A stretch of DNA of 64,000 nucleotides from Octopus vulgaris. Its lineage: Eukaryota. This document shows positions 24,701-40,240 of this stretch, piece by piece. The stretch spans positions 5,580,001 to 5,644,000 of the forward strand of contig OX597832.1 of the NCBI GenBank assembly GCA_951406725.2. Reading direction: 5' to 3'. Numbering within the stretch: the first letter of the stretch is position 1; each line of letters starts with the position of its first letter. The notes under the pieces were generated by a model. The model worked only from the letters and a program-made list of their open reading frames with translations. It was not told the DNA's origin and did no database searches. Both the position numbers and the translations under genes were made by a program.

Positions 24701-26137
24701 AAAATTTATGCAATCTCTAGCAAGCCAGTATGTACTAATTGCTTTATAATTAGATCCCCAAAGTAGCTAATACACAAGTTAAGCTAATTAGATAATATTA
24801 TATGTATATGTGTGTGTGCACGCATGTGTGTGCACACACACATGTATACGCATGCAAATATATACAGATTTACATTTTGGGATCATGATCATCATCTTTA
24901 CATCAGGCATGGTTTGAATGCTTAAAATGGGATCCAACAGGTCAGAGGATCACATCTTGCACCAGTGTCTCAGTTTTGGCATGGTTTCTACAGCTGGATT
25001 CTCTTTATAATGCTAACCAATTCACAGAGTGTACTAATTGCTTTTTTCTTAGCACCAGCACTAGATGTTGGTTGCTTTGTAACTTTCAAGACTAAAGAGA
25101 CAATTCAACTGAGCAAGGACAGGAAATAGGGTAGTTGCATTATGTGAGATACAACTCATACTATGCAACATTGCACTTCTTACACATGCATTATATACTC
25201 TGTTTATCATAGAAGAAAAAGCACTTCACTGCAAGCAGAGGTAACAACTCCAATTTTTCATCTAGTTTTTATTCTGACTATAAATCTTTCTGGATGCTCA
25301 TTCCCACTACAAGTTAAGTTTGCTAGATAACAGAAGCTATCAACAACTACAATGCTGCCTGTGCATAAGAATCTATTTCGTATTCACTCTTAGTATATAT
25401 TGCTCTATGCACCTATCCCATGCAAAGTCTACCTTCTCTGCCAAACTAGCAGTGTCATGTCTCCATTCCTATGCGGTTGAAAAGCAAACTTCCTACCACA
25501 CACACACGCACACTATATCGCAGGCTACCTATCCAAGACAGCAGTAACTCTAAATAAGAACTGCTATAAGGTAGAGGTAACTCTTTAATCCCTTCACATA
25601 AGACAATCTCATTAGTATGTCTGGTATGAATAAAAAGCATCCAGTCCACACAATAAGATGCATACAGTACCAAAGTTGGCAGGTTATCTGTTACAGTGTG
25701 TGCAAGATGAGGTGAACCATGACAACACATCTAACCTATACCAACATAGAAAGACAGATGTAAAACTAATGATTATAGAGTGTACGCATGCACACACACA
25801 AATATATTTACAGAGAGAGGGAGAGATGTACATGGATATATATAGTTGAATGGATGAATGGATACATGTACATTATAGTAAAATTTTGGTTTTATACTAA
25901 CAAAAATTATCTCATGTAGATATTTGATTTCATGTACATGAAAGGAAAGGTTATGTAGCTTTTTAAATAGTTCCATCAGGAATGCAACAAGGAAGACATT
26001 TGAGGAAACAAGTAAACCATTTGGTCTTCATAGACTGGAGCAACAACTAGATCAATAACTTTTGTCCAGATTATTATATTTCGATAAAACTGACAATCCT
26101 AACAAAATACGATGAAGTCTGTTGTATATATCCATGC

Positions 26138-26171
<34 letters not shown>

Positions 26172-26501
26172 GTATGTATGTATGTATATTGCCCAGCTCC
26201 TAAACTGACAATAATATTATTCATATATAGCTCTGCTGTCAATAGACTTAAAATTAAAAGCCAACATACAACAAAAATAGAAAGGAAAAGACTGACAAAA
26301 AAAAAGAAAAAAAAAAGAAAACAGAGCTTGGAAACAAACCGAGAGATATATAATGGGAATTATTTTAGCAAAGAAGAAAGGAGTGGAGATAAAAAAAAGA
26401 GCAACTTTTACTTTTGTGTGAATTGTTGTAGCAGCTGAGGTTTTTGATAAAGTTGAAACAACAAAGATCTTCAATCAGAAAAACTTACTTTTCTATGGAT
26501 A

Positions 26502-26552
<51 letters not shown>

Positions 26553-26578
26553 ACGTGTTTATATATTCATATACTTAA

Positions 26579-26640
<62 letters not shown>

Positions 26641-29600
26641 GTGTTTATATATTCATATGCTTAAATATGTGCATATATATATATGTGTGTGTGTGTGTCA
26701 AATGTACTCTTATAATTTGCATGTTTATTTGTTTAAAATGTGTGTATATGTTGTGTGTTTCTGTGTGTATAAACACATACACACACACATATGCACATCC
26801 ATGAACTGAGAAAATAAAACTAAGTGTAAGAGGAATCAGATGTTGTGTGCAAGAAAGAGGACTACTGATATGAGTGCATGATATATGTGGGAGATGACTA
26901 CTGCATAGTGTTGCAAATTGGTGGAACCTGAGAGAGAGACTTGGGAAGAAATGGTGAAAGGTGACTAAAAGATGTTACATCTTATGGAGAAAGTAGCAAA
27001 GGACTGGAACTGATACACCAAACTACAGAAGAACCACCCCCTATGGCAACACATACTCTAACTCTAGGGCAGTGATTAGAGGTTGCAATATTTGTACCCT
27101 GTCAGGCTTAATTTGCTGGCCCCTCACCTTACATCCTTGATATAGCTTACCACATTTTTATCACCTGTCTTTTTATCATTCATAACCCTCTAACTACCAT
27201 CTCCCTATCACCTGTGCCGATTGCACCATCTCCATCATTCTATCTTTCCAGGCTGGTGACTGCATGCATGAGACCACTGTCATCCTCCAACCACATCTAA
27301 TGCACCCCTAACTTCACCAAGCTGTGCTGCCAGCCAATTCTTTCTCTCATTTGAACCACCTCAACTGCCAGCCTTCACCTAACTCTTGTCTGCCAAGCAT
27401 ATGCAACAATGCAGTTTTACAGTGCCTTGCTGCATACACCTGACAGATGATGCTTCTACACTACTCAGGCAACAACCTTCCAACCCATGGGTAGTTTGGG
27501 TGGTTGTTGTTGGTGAAATTCAACTTCTTTGAGTTGCTTTTTATGACACACAAGGAAATGTTGAATCTATTCTTTGACATGTTGGTCTCCCACATAGCAC
27601 TTGAGCAAAGTGAAATGAAGTGTTTTGCTCAAGAACACAAAATGCCACCTGGTCTGGGAATTGAACCTATGATCCAATGATCATGAGTGCAACACCCTAA
27701 CCACAAGGCCACACACCTCCACCATATCATGTTGAATGCACCAGTCCTCATCTGAGAGAGAAGGGATCAGAGAAAATCTTCGAGATTTGTGAAGAGCCCA
27801 GTTACAGAACTTCCAAGTAAAGGGTGGATTTTATAAGGGTAGAGAATGGGTTGATATGCACTCCAATGCATCTTGGATGAACATATAGAAGATAAAGGAA
27901 CTTAATGATATGAAAATTATAGAAGATAGAGAGATATAAAACAACATAAAATAGCCTAATGTATTAATACAATAATAATAGGGGCATGTAAGAAAGTAGA
28001 ATATAGGAAATAAGAATATGCCATAGTGGGATATAAAATATTGGAATATAAAAGTATATATACTTAAGAAATGAAAAATATACAACAATACTTTTTCTCT
28101 TTTTAATTTGTTTCAGTCATTAGACTGCTGCCATGCTGGAGTACTGCCTTGAAAAATGTTTTAGTCAAATGTATCAACCTCATTATTTATTTTTTTAAAG
28201 CCTAGTACTTATTCTATCAGTCATTTTTGCCGAACCACTAAGTTACGAGGATGTAAACACACCAGCACTGTTGGTGGTGGTGGGGAAGACATACACACAT
28301 ATACACACAATGGGCTTCTTTCAGTTTCTGTCCACCAAATTCACTCTCAAGGTTTTGATCAAAGTGCCATGCAGTGGGACTGAACCTCAATCCATGTGTT
28401 TGGGAAGTAAGCTTCTTATGACAACCAAACCTGTGGCTAAAATGAAGATAGATAACTATGCAACATCTGTATATAAACATAAGTATCCCAATGTTAGATA
28501 TAAAATATCAAAACTATAGATATCAAAATATAGAAATATGAATGAGAACATTAAAATACATAAAATGTCAGAAAATACAGAAAAACAGAAAATTACCAGG
28601 AAAAAATATTTCTAAAAAATAGAGAAACATCAAGTTGTAGAATATTAATACTAGCCCTTATATGTAGAATTGAAAATATGTCTATAAGGGGAATAGTGAT
28701 AGATCATATATTATATAAATCAGTAGTTCACCATTTTTTGTCTATGCACTCCTTTGATTACTATTTTATTTTGGTGGACTCCCATAGTCATCCAGTGTTT
28801 AAAAAGTTTTATAGAGACTCCTTTCAAAATTCCTATTTTGTTTACAATACATTCACTTGTGTAGGCTGAACTACATAAAACATCAGAGAAAGAGACCTAG
28901 CAGTTTCTTGCAATAAATACATCAAATTCAAAATTTTATCATGAACCCATACAATACTACTGTGGATCCCCAATGTACTAGTTTGCTTGTGTGGATCCTC
29001 CCACCAACCACTACCACCACATAAGGTCATATGAACCCTGGTTTAAAACCACTGGTATGATTGATCAAATGATCACTTTCGGGAGGAAGATCAAACCAAA
29101 AGCATATGATCAAAGTGCCATGCAGTGGGATTGAACCTCAATCCATGTGGTTGGGAAGCACATGGATTAGGTCTGATCTGAAAGGTATTTACTAATGCCA
29201 CTGAAATCAATTGAATAACGGGAAGAATTTAAGGTACACCATAAGAAAAATCCTCAATCTAATGAAAGCTTCCCAAAAGTCCTATTATATTTATCTATGT
29301 GGGCATCTAATCAAAATCTTATTACATTTCTTTGCTAGATTATCCCTATTGTTTATAATTTCAAGTGTTTCAAGTGAGCACAGATTGCATTTACTCCTAC
29401 TATTCATATAGGAGAAGGCAGTTCTGACCATACAGCAAAAAATTTCATATATTTCATTCTCTTTCTTTATTTTAATATCTGTTTTATTTTTATCACAGTG
29501 ATTCACCACTTCACTGTAATACTTTAACACATTCTAAGCTGAGTGGAATCATGGTCATGGCCAGTGCTGGTGATGCGTGAACGGCACCCGTGCCAGTATC

Positions 29601-30946
29601 ACATGAATGGCATCCATGCTGGTGATACATAAATGGCACCTATGCCAGTGACACATAAAAAGTACCCAATACACTCTGAGGAGTGGTTGGCATTAGGAAG
29701 AGCACCCAGCCAAAACAGACTATAGAACTTGGTATGGCCCCTGGCCTTGCTAGTTCCTGTCTAGCCATCCAACACATACTAGCATGGGAAACGGATGTTA
29801 CATGATGATGAACACTACTTAAATTTGTGGTTTATTACTAACCAGTGTCAAATCAGTGTCACTTATGCCACTAAGATTAGTTCTATTACTATTGGTATTG
29901 TTACTGTTAATGTTTTTATCATTATCATTATTATTTTCATCCTTTTCCATTGTTGTGAATTTATAAAATTTTGCTCTATTTACTCTTAACCTTTTTTATT
30001 CATCTGTTAATCTTTGAATTTAGCAGTGAAGTACCAGGAGTTTTAACAGCAGTGAACTTGAAAATGTTTCTATAGTTGCAATATGATGGTGTAGACAGAC
30101 AGAAGTCCACGATGAATGCTACTCTGGAAATATACCGATCTTCTACCCTTGCAGGATCTAAACGTGTGTGTGTGTGTGTGTACCTTTTGTTTCAATCATT
30201 AGACTGTGGCTATGCTGGGGCATCATTTTGTAAGATTTTAGTCGAATTGACCCCAGTATTTATTTTCGTTTTTAAGCCTGGTACTTATCCTATTGGTCTC
30301 TTTTTGCTGAATTGCTGGGATGTAAACACACCAACACCGATTGTCAAGAGGTGGTTGGGGGAGAAACACACACACACATATGATAGGCATCTTTCAGTTT
30401 CCATCTTCCAAATCCACTCACAAGGCTTTGGTCGGACCAAGGTTATATATAGAAGACAGTTGCCCAAGGTACCACACAGTTGGACTGAACCTGGAACCAT
30501 GTGGCTGAGAAGCACACTTCTTATACAGCCATGCCTATATACATGTGTGTGTATATTGACATATGTATGTATAAGTTTATATTATAGACACTCCCTTCTC
30601 ACTCACCATCAGAAAAGTTATCAGTGACTGAACAACTGGAAACCTGTGACCAAGAACATACAAATTGCAATATAAAATCACTAAAAAAATAAATGTCTTG
30701 AAATTACAAATAATAGTAAAATATATGCATGTTTGTAAATGTGAGTCTGTGTGTGCGAATAAATCTAAATTCATGTGTGCGTGCGTATATACAGGATGGA
30801 CGGATGGACAGATAAACAGACAGATAGATGTTCCAGTCAACATGATCTTCACCAATTTTACTTTCAACATAGAGTAAACCCGTCAGTAAATGTTTCATTG
30901 TTATTGTTAAACTTTGAGAAATGAATGACCTCACTCTAATAGGTGA

Positions 30947-30994
<48 letters not shown>

Positions 30995-31788
30995 TTATAA
31001 AATATATAAAAATTCATATTGTAGAATTTTATTAATGAGCTATAACTTTTGAAAGTATATGCCTGAGTGTATATGAACTGTAAACATACTGAAACTTAAT
31101 ACAAGCAGAAAGAAAGAAACATTAATATCTTTCTCAATGTATGCCTCTACTGAATGTGTGTGTGTGTGTGTCTGTGTGTGTGTGTGTATCTGCATAAGAG
31201 TGTATCTTTAATTATATGTGTTCATGTGTTTGTAACTTCACTGTTATATGAATGTATGTGATGCACAAACGCATAGTAACAGATACATACACATGCTGCT
31301 TCACTTGTTTCTACATATATATATATATATATACATTAGCCTGGCAATCATAGATGAAGCCAAGTCTATGTCTGAGGCATTTATCATTGATTTATTATTG
31401 GTGTCCTGTCTCCTTTATTTTCAGAGTGGGAGCAAATCTTCAGCAACAATGGTAGATTTGTCTTCTTTGTGGCAAATCTCCTACTCCCTCCCACTCTCTC
31501 AGCTCCTTCTCACTAAAGAAGTATTTCTTAAGTCAAAGTAGAAAGAAACATCGTGTAGAATGGGAGGAGGTAGAGGTAGGCAGAGATCAATAATTCAATT
31601 TAATTTACATACAGTGAGCAGTAAATAACCAATAATTCAATGTGGTGGATCAATAAACAATAAGATACTGATTTACTTTCATTGTTTTATAGGGTATCAA
31701 TTCCTTGGGCAGTTCTTTAGGAGACGAGATGGAATGGAACACAACATTAACAACATAGGAATATATCATAAATATCATATATATATAC

Positions 31789-31828
<40 letters not shown>

Positions 31829-34800
31829 ATGTCGTGATCATTGCCAGAATGGCTTCTGTGCCGGTGGCATGTAAAAAGCACTATTCGAGCGTGATTGTTA
31901 CCAGCGACGCCTTACTGGCACTTGTGCCAGTGACACGTGAAAAAACATTTGAGCGAGGTTGTCGCCAGTTCTGCTAGACTAGCTCCTGTGCAGGTGGCAC
32001 GTAAAAAACACCATTTGAGCGTGGCCGTAGCCAGTACTGCCTGACAGGCCCTCGTGCCAGTGGCATGTAAAAGCACCCACTACACTCTTGGAGTGGTTGG
32101 CGTTAGGAAGGGCATCCAGCTGTAGAAACTCTGCCAGATCAAGATTGGAGCCTGGTGCAGCCATCTGGTTCGCCAGTTCTCAGTCAAATCGTCCAACCCA
32201 TGCTAGCATGGAAAGCAGACGTTAAACGATGATGATGATGATATAATGCTATAATAAAAACTACAACTCTTTTTTGAAATACAGCTACCCAGGATAGTTG
32301 TGTGTGTGTGTATATACACATATACATACACACACAGATATATATATATATACATATGTGTGTGTGTATATATGCATACATACATATGTATGTATATATA
32401 AACCTGTATATAAGTGTGCGTGTATGTGCATGTTACACAAATGTTACACAAATGAGAAAAATATAAAATACAGGTATGAACAGGACAGAAAAAGAGTTTA
32501 CAAGTACTAACACTAAACTTGACATCAGAGCAAAAGAGAGAACTGTATATTTTGTTATGACAAAACAATCTTTCTAACTTTTTTTTTGTTTTATGTGATT
32601 TTGGTCAAAACTCTACAACACTGAATGAGATCTGCTACTGTACATACTTATTACCAAGATGTTCTCGTACTGGTGGAATTAACTTTACCATTAATCCCTC
32701 TGCCAATGTATAAGATACTTTACACTAATATATTAAAAACAATTATCTATACCAGTTCCCTTTAAATAGTAACTCATTGCTTCGCTCAAAGAAAGCAATA
32801 TGATTTTCAAAGTAAATATATAGTTTACTGAACCAGTTAAAAGCAGTGATATTTTGTTGTTACTGTGAATCAGAAAAGTTAACGGAACAGACTTTATTTA
32901 ATAGAGACTTACAGTAAATACAAAGTAATTCAGTAGATGTTTAATAGTAGTTTTATAATAAAGTAGGCATGGACTCAAATTCATAAGGTTGAAAGTTCTC
33001 GTTAAAAATATATAGATACAGTAATAGAGAGAAGCAATACTGATATCTTTTCTTAGCACTTAGATGACCTCTAAATGGTGAAGGACTAGGGCTGGATGTT
33101 TCAGTCCCAACACATCAGAATAATGAAAGATAAATGACTTTCATTATTATGTGATTTGATCTTAGAATGGATTGGAGGAAACAAGATACTGTAAAAGCAT
33201 TTGGTCCACTTTTCTACTCTCTTTTGGCCATTTCTAATCTTGTAAACCCATCATTTTATATCTACGACACTTGCAAATAATAATGATTTCTCAAACTGGC
33301 ATGAGGCCAGAAATTTCGAGGGAATGGCTATAGCCAATTGAAATCAACCTTATTACTGCTAGTAATTTTATTGGCAATATTTGAACTGAGAATATAGAGG
33401 GACATAATTAATAACTGCAATGTCATTAGTCCATCACACTGGCTAATTTACCAAACAATAATGAGTTAATGAACAGTAATGATAATAATGATTTCTTATC
33501 TATGAGGTTGTTTTTCTAAATGAGGGAGAAAGGTTGGTCTTCCTCTTCTCACTATTTTACTGATGCTAGCTACAAAAGGACTAAATCAGAAAACATTTTC
33601 AAATATCTAATCCAGTTATCTAAATTGGACTGCCTATGTTCAGTTCACTGCAGGATGAAGGCCTCAGTAACTTTTCTCCACCAACCATGGTCAAATGTGT
33701 AGGCTGTGAATTTGAACCAGAGATCATACTGCTCTGCCACACTGGCTCGAGGTGGCTTGGCAGAGTGGTGCAGTCATTTTTTAAAAAATATTCTTACCCA
33801 GAAGTAGCTAAGTTAATTACATCAGCCTCAGTGCTCGATTGATACTTATTTTCTTGACCCCAAAAGGATGAAAAGCAATGTTGGCGTTAGCAGAATTTGA
33901 ACTCAGAACATTATTTCTGACATTTTGATAATTATCATAATTATGAATAACAAGTAAAAAAAAAAAAAAAGTTGATTGTCATTAAATGTACAGGAAAATA
34001 TTCTTAAGTTAAAACAAAAAAGATAAAGAAAAATAATGAGTTAAGAACCAATGAATTTTGCAAACTGGTGAAATAACACAGAATCAATGAAGATTGATTT
34101 AAAGAACAACTCTGTATTAGCGATAACAACTATTTGAATTACAAATTACAAATAAATACAGAAGCATATAAAGATCACACAAAGATAAATCAAAGGATTA
34201 AACAAGACAAACCTCTAATAATTCTTATGATTATTCAGGTACAATATATAATGAAAGAAAAAAAACATTCCAGATGTGTGTCTGAGTGTGTTGATTAAAT
34301 ATACTTTGCCATTGTTACTGTCATCATTATTCTAATCATCTTTCTTTATTATAGTGTAAATGCAGTTATCCAAGAACAATTCTTCAATACAACATAACTC
34401 TATGTATCTTCATTACAACCCCTGTGAGGCCCAAGATTGTACACCGATACTATTTCAAAAGGTTTTTATCTATCGCTATCATGTGAAATACATCACAAAA
34501 GAAGCTTACTGAAACTGTAAAAATGTAATATGAGAGTGTGGTTAAGCTGAAATATGTAGTGTCCGCATATTTAAAAGTCATAAAAAGTACTGAAGTTGGC
34601 GATAATTAAAATTAACTTCAGTAATTAGTCATTACCCGAGACCTACCAAAATACATCAACTTTGTGTCAGATGCCAAAATCCCTGGTGCTATATAAAAAT
34701 TATTAGATATGAAAAACAACAGGAAATTGTTAATTCATGAGTTGGGAGAGAGGTTTGATTAAGTAGTAGTAGTAATATTTCAAATAAGCTAACAAGTACA

Positions 34801-37059
34801 AAGGGGTGAAGTAACCGACCTGGCAGCAAATACTTCTTTAATAGAGTGAACAAGTTATTTGAATAAATAAAAGATAAATCAATTGTTCATTAATGAATCA
34901 CTCTAATTGAAATTAGATACAATAGCAATTAGTTTATTTTTATGAGTTCATGGACTGGAATTACTTGGCATCATGTGTGGTAAATCGTTTGTTGAGATAA
35001 TCTGTCCACAGCCTGTTTTTAACCCATGGCAGATTCTAAGGAGCTTTTATTAAGCTAAGCCTGCAAAACATATGCTGGTTTCATTTCATAACCACAACAA
35101 ATATTAGTTTCAAATTTTATTTGAATTTATTTTATCAACCCCAAAAGGATTAAAGGCAAAGTCGACCTTGGCAGAATTTGAACTCAGAACATAAAGACAG
35201 AGAAATGCCACTAAGCATTTTGCCTGGCATGCTAACGGTTCTGCTAGCTCATTGCCTAAAACCAACACAAATATTGATATCTCTTGTCCTTTGTTACAAA
35301 ATCCTGCAGGGAATTTGGAACCCATGATAATTAATGTGATAGGTACAGGAATCTAAATTACATAAGAAAATTAAGAATGACAAAAAGAAATGTTATAATT
35401 TTAGTTTTTAACAGAATTTTTTTTTCATAGTTGTTTTTATAAGGTTTCGGCTTCTTAGAATAGAATATTATTCCTTTCTTTATCACTAAGAATCTATATA
35501 GGATTGGTGCACAACTGATTTTTTGTGTGTAAAACAAATGAGAGATATCCTATCTTGGCCTGTTTGGTATATCATTATCTCTGAGAAGACTTGACGCCAA
35601 TTACTTATAAAGCCCAGAGTGTTACTCTTTCATACAATAATGGATTGTACCTACCTGTTACACCTATCTATATCTAAATACAATTTAATGAGAGAGCTTC
35701 TTCTACATGGCTGATTAACTTGCTAGATATAGATCAAATCACTTCCAACTTTAAAAAGAAAAAAAACAATGACTGACACATGGGATAATATAGTTATAGA
35801 TACACTACATCAAAAAACAAGATGGTTTCATAGCTGGAATGCTTTGAATATAGGTCAGCTCTAGCAAGGCTGGCTAAGGACTAAATAACAAAAAGCAAAC
35901 CATACATCCTATTCTCATTTTCTAAAACTTGACTATATGATGTGGTGGCTCTACCACTCAGATCTTAGTAATAACAGCTTCCAGTTAATCTTCCTCAAAG
36001 TCTCTTTTACCCATTCCTATAAATTTATCTGCAGTTTTTACCACTCTCCAATCACCATAATCTACTTAACTAATAGATGCAAGATGTGTCTACAATCTAG
36101 ATGATCAACCAACCTGTTAGAAAAGGCAGCCAAATCTCCCTGAAAGAAGGACACTTTAGATAATAAGTTCTTGGAAGCACTATGCTTTTGGAAAAAGCAA
36201 GGAGGATGATGATCACAACTGGGATGCTTTTGATTAAGACTGACTTAGGATTAAACAACAACAACACTGCTTGCACTGTGACCTTCAGGAAAACAAAAGA
36301 TGCTTTTGTTCATTGCACAAGCTGCTAATTCTTCTACCATCAAATTACCTTCTGGTTCCTGGCAAAAATACTCTCAACTTTTCAGAATCCTCCTACCTAC
36401 CCATGTGTGTATGTGTGTGTGCATTTATAGATACATACGTGGCATGTAAATAACTGCGATAAACAATTTTTCAGTTCTTGTGATGTTTCTGATATTTTTC
36501 AAAAATACCAACAACTAAAAATCAAAAGTTACCTGTAGACTCAGCTTACTGGCAGTTTACATGTATAAAGCTCTCTTCCAGTAATAGCATCTACAACAAT
36601 GTGTAATGAATGAGTTGCAAATTTCTTTAGTTCCTAAATTCTCATCTATTAAAATATTTTACATAGTCCTTTCACATTTAAAATGGTCATATCCAGTCTA
36701 AATATTCTGCTTGTTTTATGTTCAGCGTGGCCAGATCTGGTCACTTAACACTTACCATACAATATAATACTAAAAATAAACAATCACAACATCAAAATCT
36801 TGAAGCTATGATATAAAGCATGCTTATTTAAAAACAATGTGAATAAATAAGGATTACATTTGAAAGTAATCTGAATGCTAAAGGGTTAACTTATTTATTC
36901 AGAATCACTGAGTCAAGAGTTATAAGAGAATGTTGCCATATCATGCTCATTGTCTGTATTTCACTCAAAAACAATATCCTATCTTTTATGATTCAACTAT
37001 CATATATGAGAGAATTTTTTTCATAACAGATGTGACATATTAAAATAATACCCTTTGAC

Positions 37060-37225
37060 AAAGTATAAGGCTAATTGTTATAGGTCACCTGATTACTTAA
37101 CAGATCACATTTCAATTTGCGGTATTTTCCAAACAGTCTCAAATGACACTACAAACATATGGAAAAAAAATTTCATTTTCAACTTGGGAACTTCTGTTCT
37201 ACAAAGTGTGAACATACACTTCCAT
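37060..37225 (+). mobile_element. Penelope-like element GIY-YIG C-terminal remnant
   Basis: DHISICGI...NFIFNLGTSVLQSVN resembles the PLE terminal motif E..FIF.LGTL.P.GLN. Confidence 0.5.
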
Positions 37226-38984
37226 CCTCCTTTTAATCATACATCCGTGTCCCCTTTCCTTCTATTCTTTCAATTAAGATATTCTAGATCAATATCATGT
37301 AAAAGTCATGGATGTGTATATAAGCATATAGATGTGATTGTGTATACCCCAACACCCCAACGTGCCTGTGTTTGAATCTGTCTGTAAACACCAATGTGTG
37401 TGTCCCTGTATACAAGGACATGTATCAATGTGTGTTTATTGTTACTGGTTAAATTTTCAGCCTTTCTAAATTTAGAATTTTCTTAGGTAACTTTACACCA
37501 ATAGCAAGAAGGTGAAACCTATGTCTTGCTTGATATTTTAGCTCTTTCTCCCTCTCTAATTCCCAGCTTCCTCCTACTTCATTCACCTCAGTGACTCTTA
37601 CACACAATGTCTCTTGGCCTTTCAACCTCACTCCCACATCAGTCTTCCTCATTTGTCTACAACCAAAACAACAACACCACTTTCACTGACTTCAGCACTC
37701 ACAGACAAAAGTTATGAATCAAGGATGTTCAATTCTTTACTCCTCACATCAACTGAACTTACTGAACACTTCTACAAACTCTCCTATGAACAACCGATTA
37801 CTGACAGCAGACTGTTACCAGCTAGTTCAGATTCTGGATAAATACCAATTTCTTTACTACCCACAAAGGGCTAAACACAGAGAGATCAAACAAGGACAAA
37901 CAAACGGATTAAGTCGATTATATCGAATACAGTGCGTAACTGGTACTTATTTAATCGACCCCCGAAAGGATGAAAGGCAAAGTCGACCTTGGCGGAACTT
38001 GAACTCCGAGCTTAACGGCAGACAAAATACAGCTACGCATTTCGCCCGGCATGCTAACGATTCTGCCAACCATAGGGATTGACATAGTTATATATCTTCA
38101 TTTCATCCACCCTGAACAGATTTAAACCAGATAGCCACTTAAAAAAAAAAAATGGTTTCAAATTTTGGCACTGAGCCAGCAACTTCAGGGGAAGGGGTAA
38201 GTTAATTACATCAACCTCAGTGCTCAACTGGTACTTATTTTATCGACCCCAAAAGGATGAAAGGTAAAGTCAACCTCAATGGAATTTGAACTCAAAGCGC
38301 AAGGATAAAATACTGTTTAGCGTTTTGCCCAGCATGCTAACAGTTCTGCCAGCTCACTACCTTCTTCTTCTTCTACAACAACAACAAAACATCATACCAA
38401 AAACAATCACCAATGCTACACAAACAAAGTGCACTAGAGAATGAACTCTTAAAATAAAATAAAAAAAACAAATAATGAATATTTAAAAGAACATGTAATA
38501 GAAAAAGGAATTGTTTTGAACTGTTTAACAAATATTCTGAACAATGCACAAACTAGATTTGTTAGATAATGGCTACAGAAGCAAGTGATAATGCAGAATC
38601 ATTAGAGCATCAGACATATTGTCTTGTGGTATTTCTTTCAGCCTTTCATGTTAAGAGTTCAAATCCCATAGAGGTTAACTTAGTCTTTTATTGTGCCAAG
38701 GTCAATAAAACAAAGAGCCAGTCAAGTACTGTGGTTGATTTAATCAACTAGTCCCCACCTCTTAATTTCTGGCCCTGTACCTGTATTAGAAATAATAATA
38801 ATAATAATAATAATAAAATTATTATTATTATTATTATTATTATTACTACTATTATTTAAGAGTTCACAGAATAAGTACCAGATGGACACTGGAGTCAATG
38901 TAATCAGCTTATTTCCTCCCCCAAAATTTCCGGCCTTGCGCCAAAATTTGAAACCATTATTATTATTGTTGTTGTTGTTATTAT

Positions 38985-39440
38985 TCAGTAGTCTTATTTT
39001 TATCACGTGCTTTCACTGCACAACCTAGTACAGCTCTGTGTGCCTTGGGTATGTACTGTGCTCTTATTTTTACTGTATTGAAAATGTTTTACAGAGGATG
39101 TGTGCAGTGCATAGTAGTGCTATTTTTTGTATGTTATATATACTTGTTAGCCCTGGTGTTTTTGCTATGCATTTGTCTGAATATTTTTTTTATTATACCT
39201 AATGTGCCTACAATCATAGGAATTGGTTCTGTTTTTAGACTCCACATTCAAGTTACCTCTATTTCCAGGTCTTTGTATTTTGAAGGTTTCTCCATTTCTT
39301 TTAGAAAAACGTTGTCATTTGTTGGTATTGATACATCAGAAATGTATTGATACATTAGAAAGCATTTTTTTTCTTGATGATCTCTGACCACTATATCCAG
39401 CCTATTGGTCTTAATTTCTCTATCTGTGAGAAGTTTTATC
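38985..39440 (-). mobile_element. 5'-truncated R4/Dong-type non-LTR retrotransposon (restriction-like endonuclease end plus 3' UTR)
   Basis: TDREIKTNRLDIVVRD...DVSIP...KEMEKPSKYKDLEIEV is a PD..D / K..KY RLE motif. The 3' end abuts (AAT/AAC)n. Confidence 0.8.
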
Positions 39441-39602
39441 ACACAGGGCAAAATTATTAGTGGTATTTTGTCTGTTTCCACATCCCGAGTTCAAATTCTG
39501 CCATGGTTGACTTTACCCTTCATCCTTTCGGGGTTGATAAAATAAATACCAGTTGAGCACTAGGGTTAATGTAATCAACTTACCCCCTAAAACCATTATT
39601 AT

Positions 39603-39969
39603 TACCTCCGCCTTCACTAAGGCGGAGGTATTGTTTTCAGTCGTGTTTGTTTGTTTGTCCGTGGACAAGATATCTCAAGAATTATTGGATGGATTTGGAT
39701 GAAAATTTCAAGGATGTTTGGCCTTGTGACTGGTACAAACTGGTTAAATTTTGGGATCAATCCAGTAGTACTGGACAAGGATCTGGATCATTTTTCCTGT
39801 TTTTTTTACTTAATTTTAGAGAGCAGTCAGGTTCATTTTTAGTATTCTCGTTTGTGGGAGTAGTCAAGTTTATTTCAGATATTCTCATTTTAAAAATCAT
39901 CTCTGGCTAATCACTGAGAGGACGTTAGTGTTGCCTTGGTGGAGGTTTGCGCTCTCTGAGCGCTCTTGT
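39603..39969 (+). mobile_element. Helentron-associated / DINE-1-like non-autonomous element
   Basis: 5' TACCTCCGCCTT with adjacent inverted copy AAGGCGGAGGTA, (GTTT)n tract, 3' subterminal GGTGGAGGT and hairpin GCGCTC-tct-GAGCGC. Confidence 0.8.
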
Positions 39970-40196
39970 TATCATTATTATTATTAAGGCAGTGAGCTGG
40001 CAGAATCGTTAGCACACTGGATGAAATGCTTAGCAGTATTTCACCCATTACTACATTCTGAGTTCAAATTCTGCTGAGGTTGACTTTGCCTTTCATTCTT
40101 TCAGGGTCAATAAAATTAGTACCAGTTGAACACTGGGGTTGATGTAATTGACTCATCCTCTCTCCCAAAATTGCTACCTTTGAGGCAAAATTTTAA

Positions 40197-40240
<44 letters not shown>

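Noticed and set aside
30076-30627. Longest ORF in the track (183 aa)
   Set aside because: Mostly an antisense read-through of a family B SINE.
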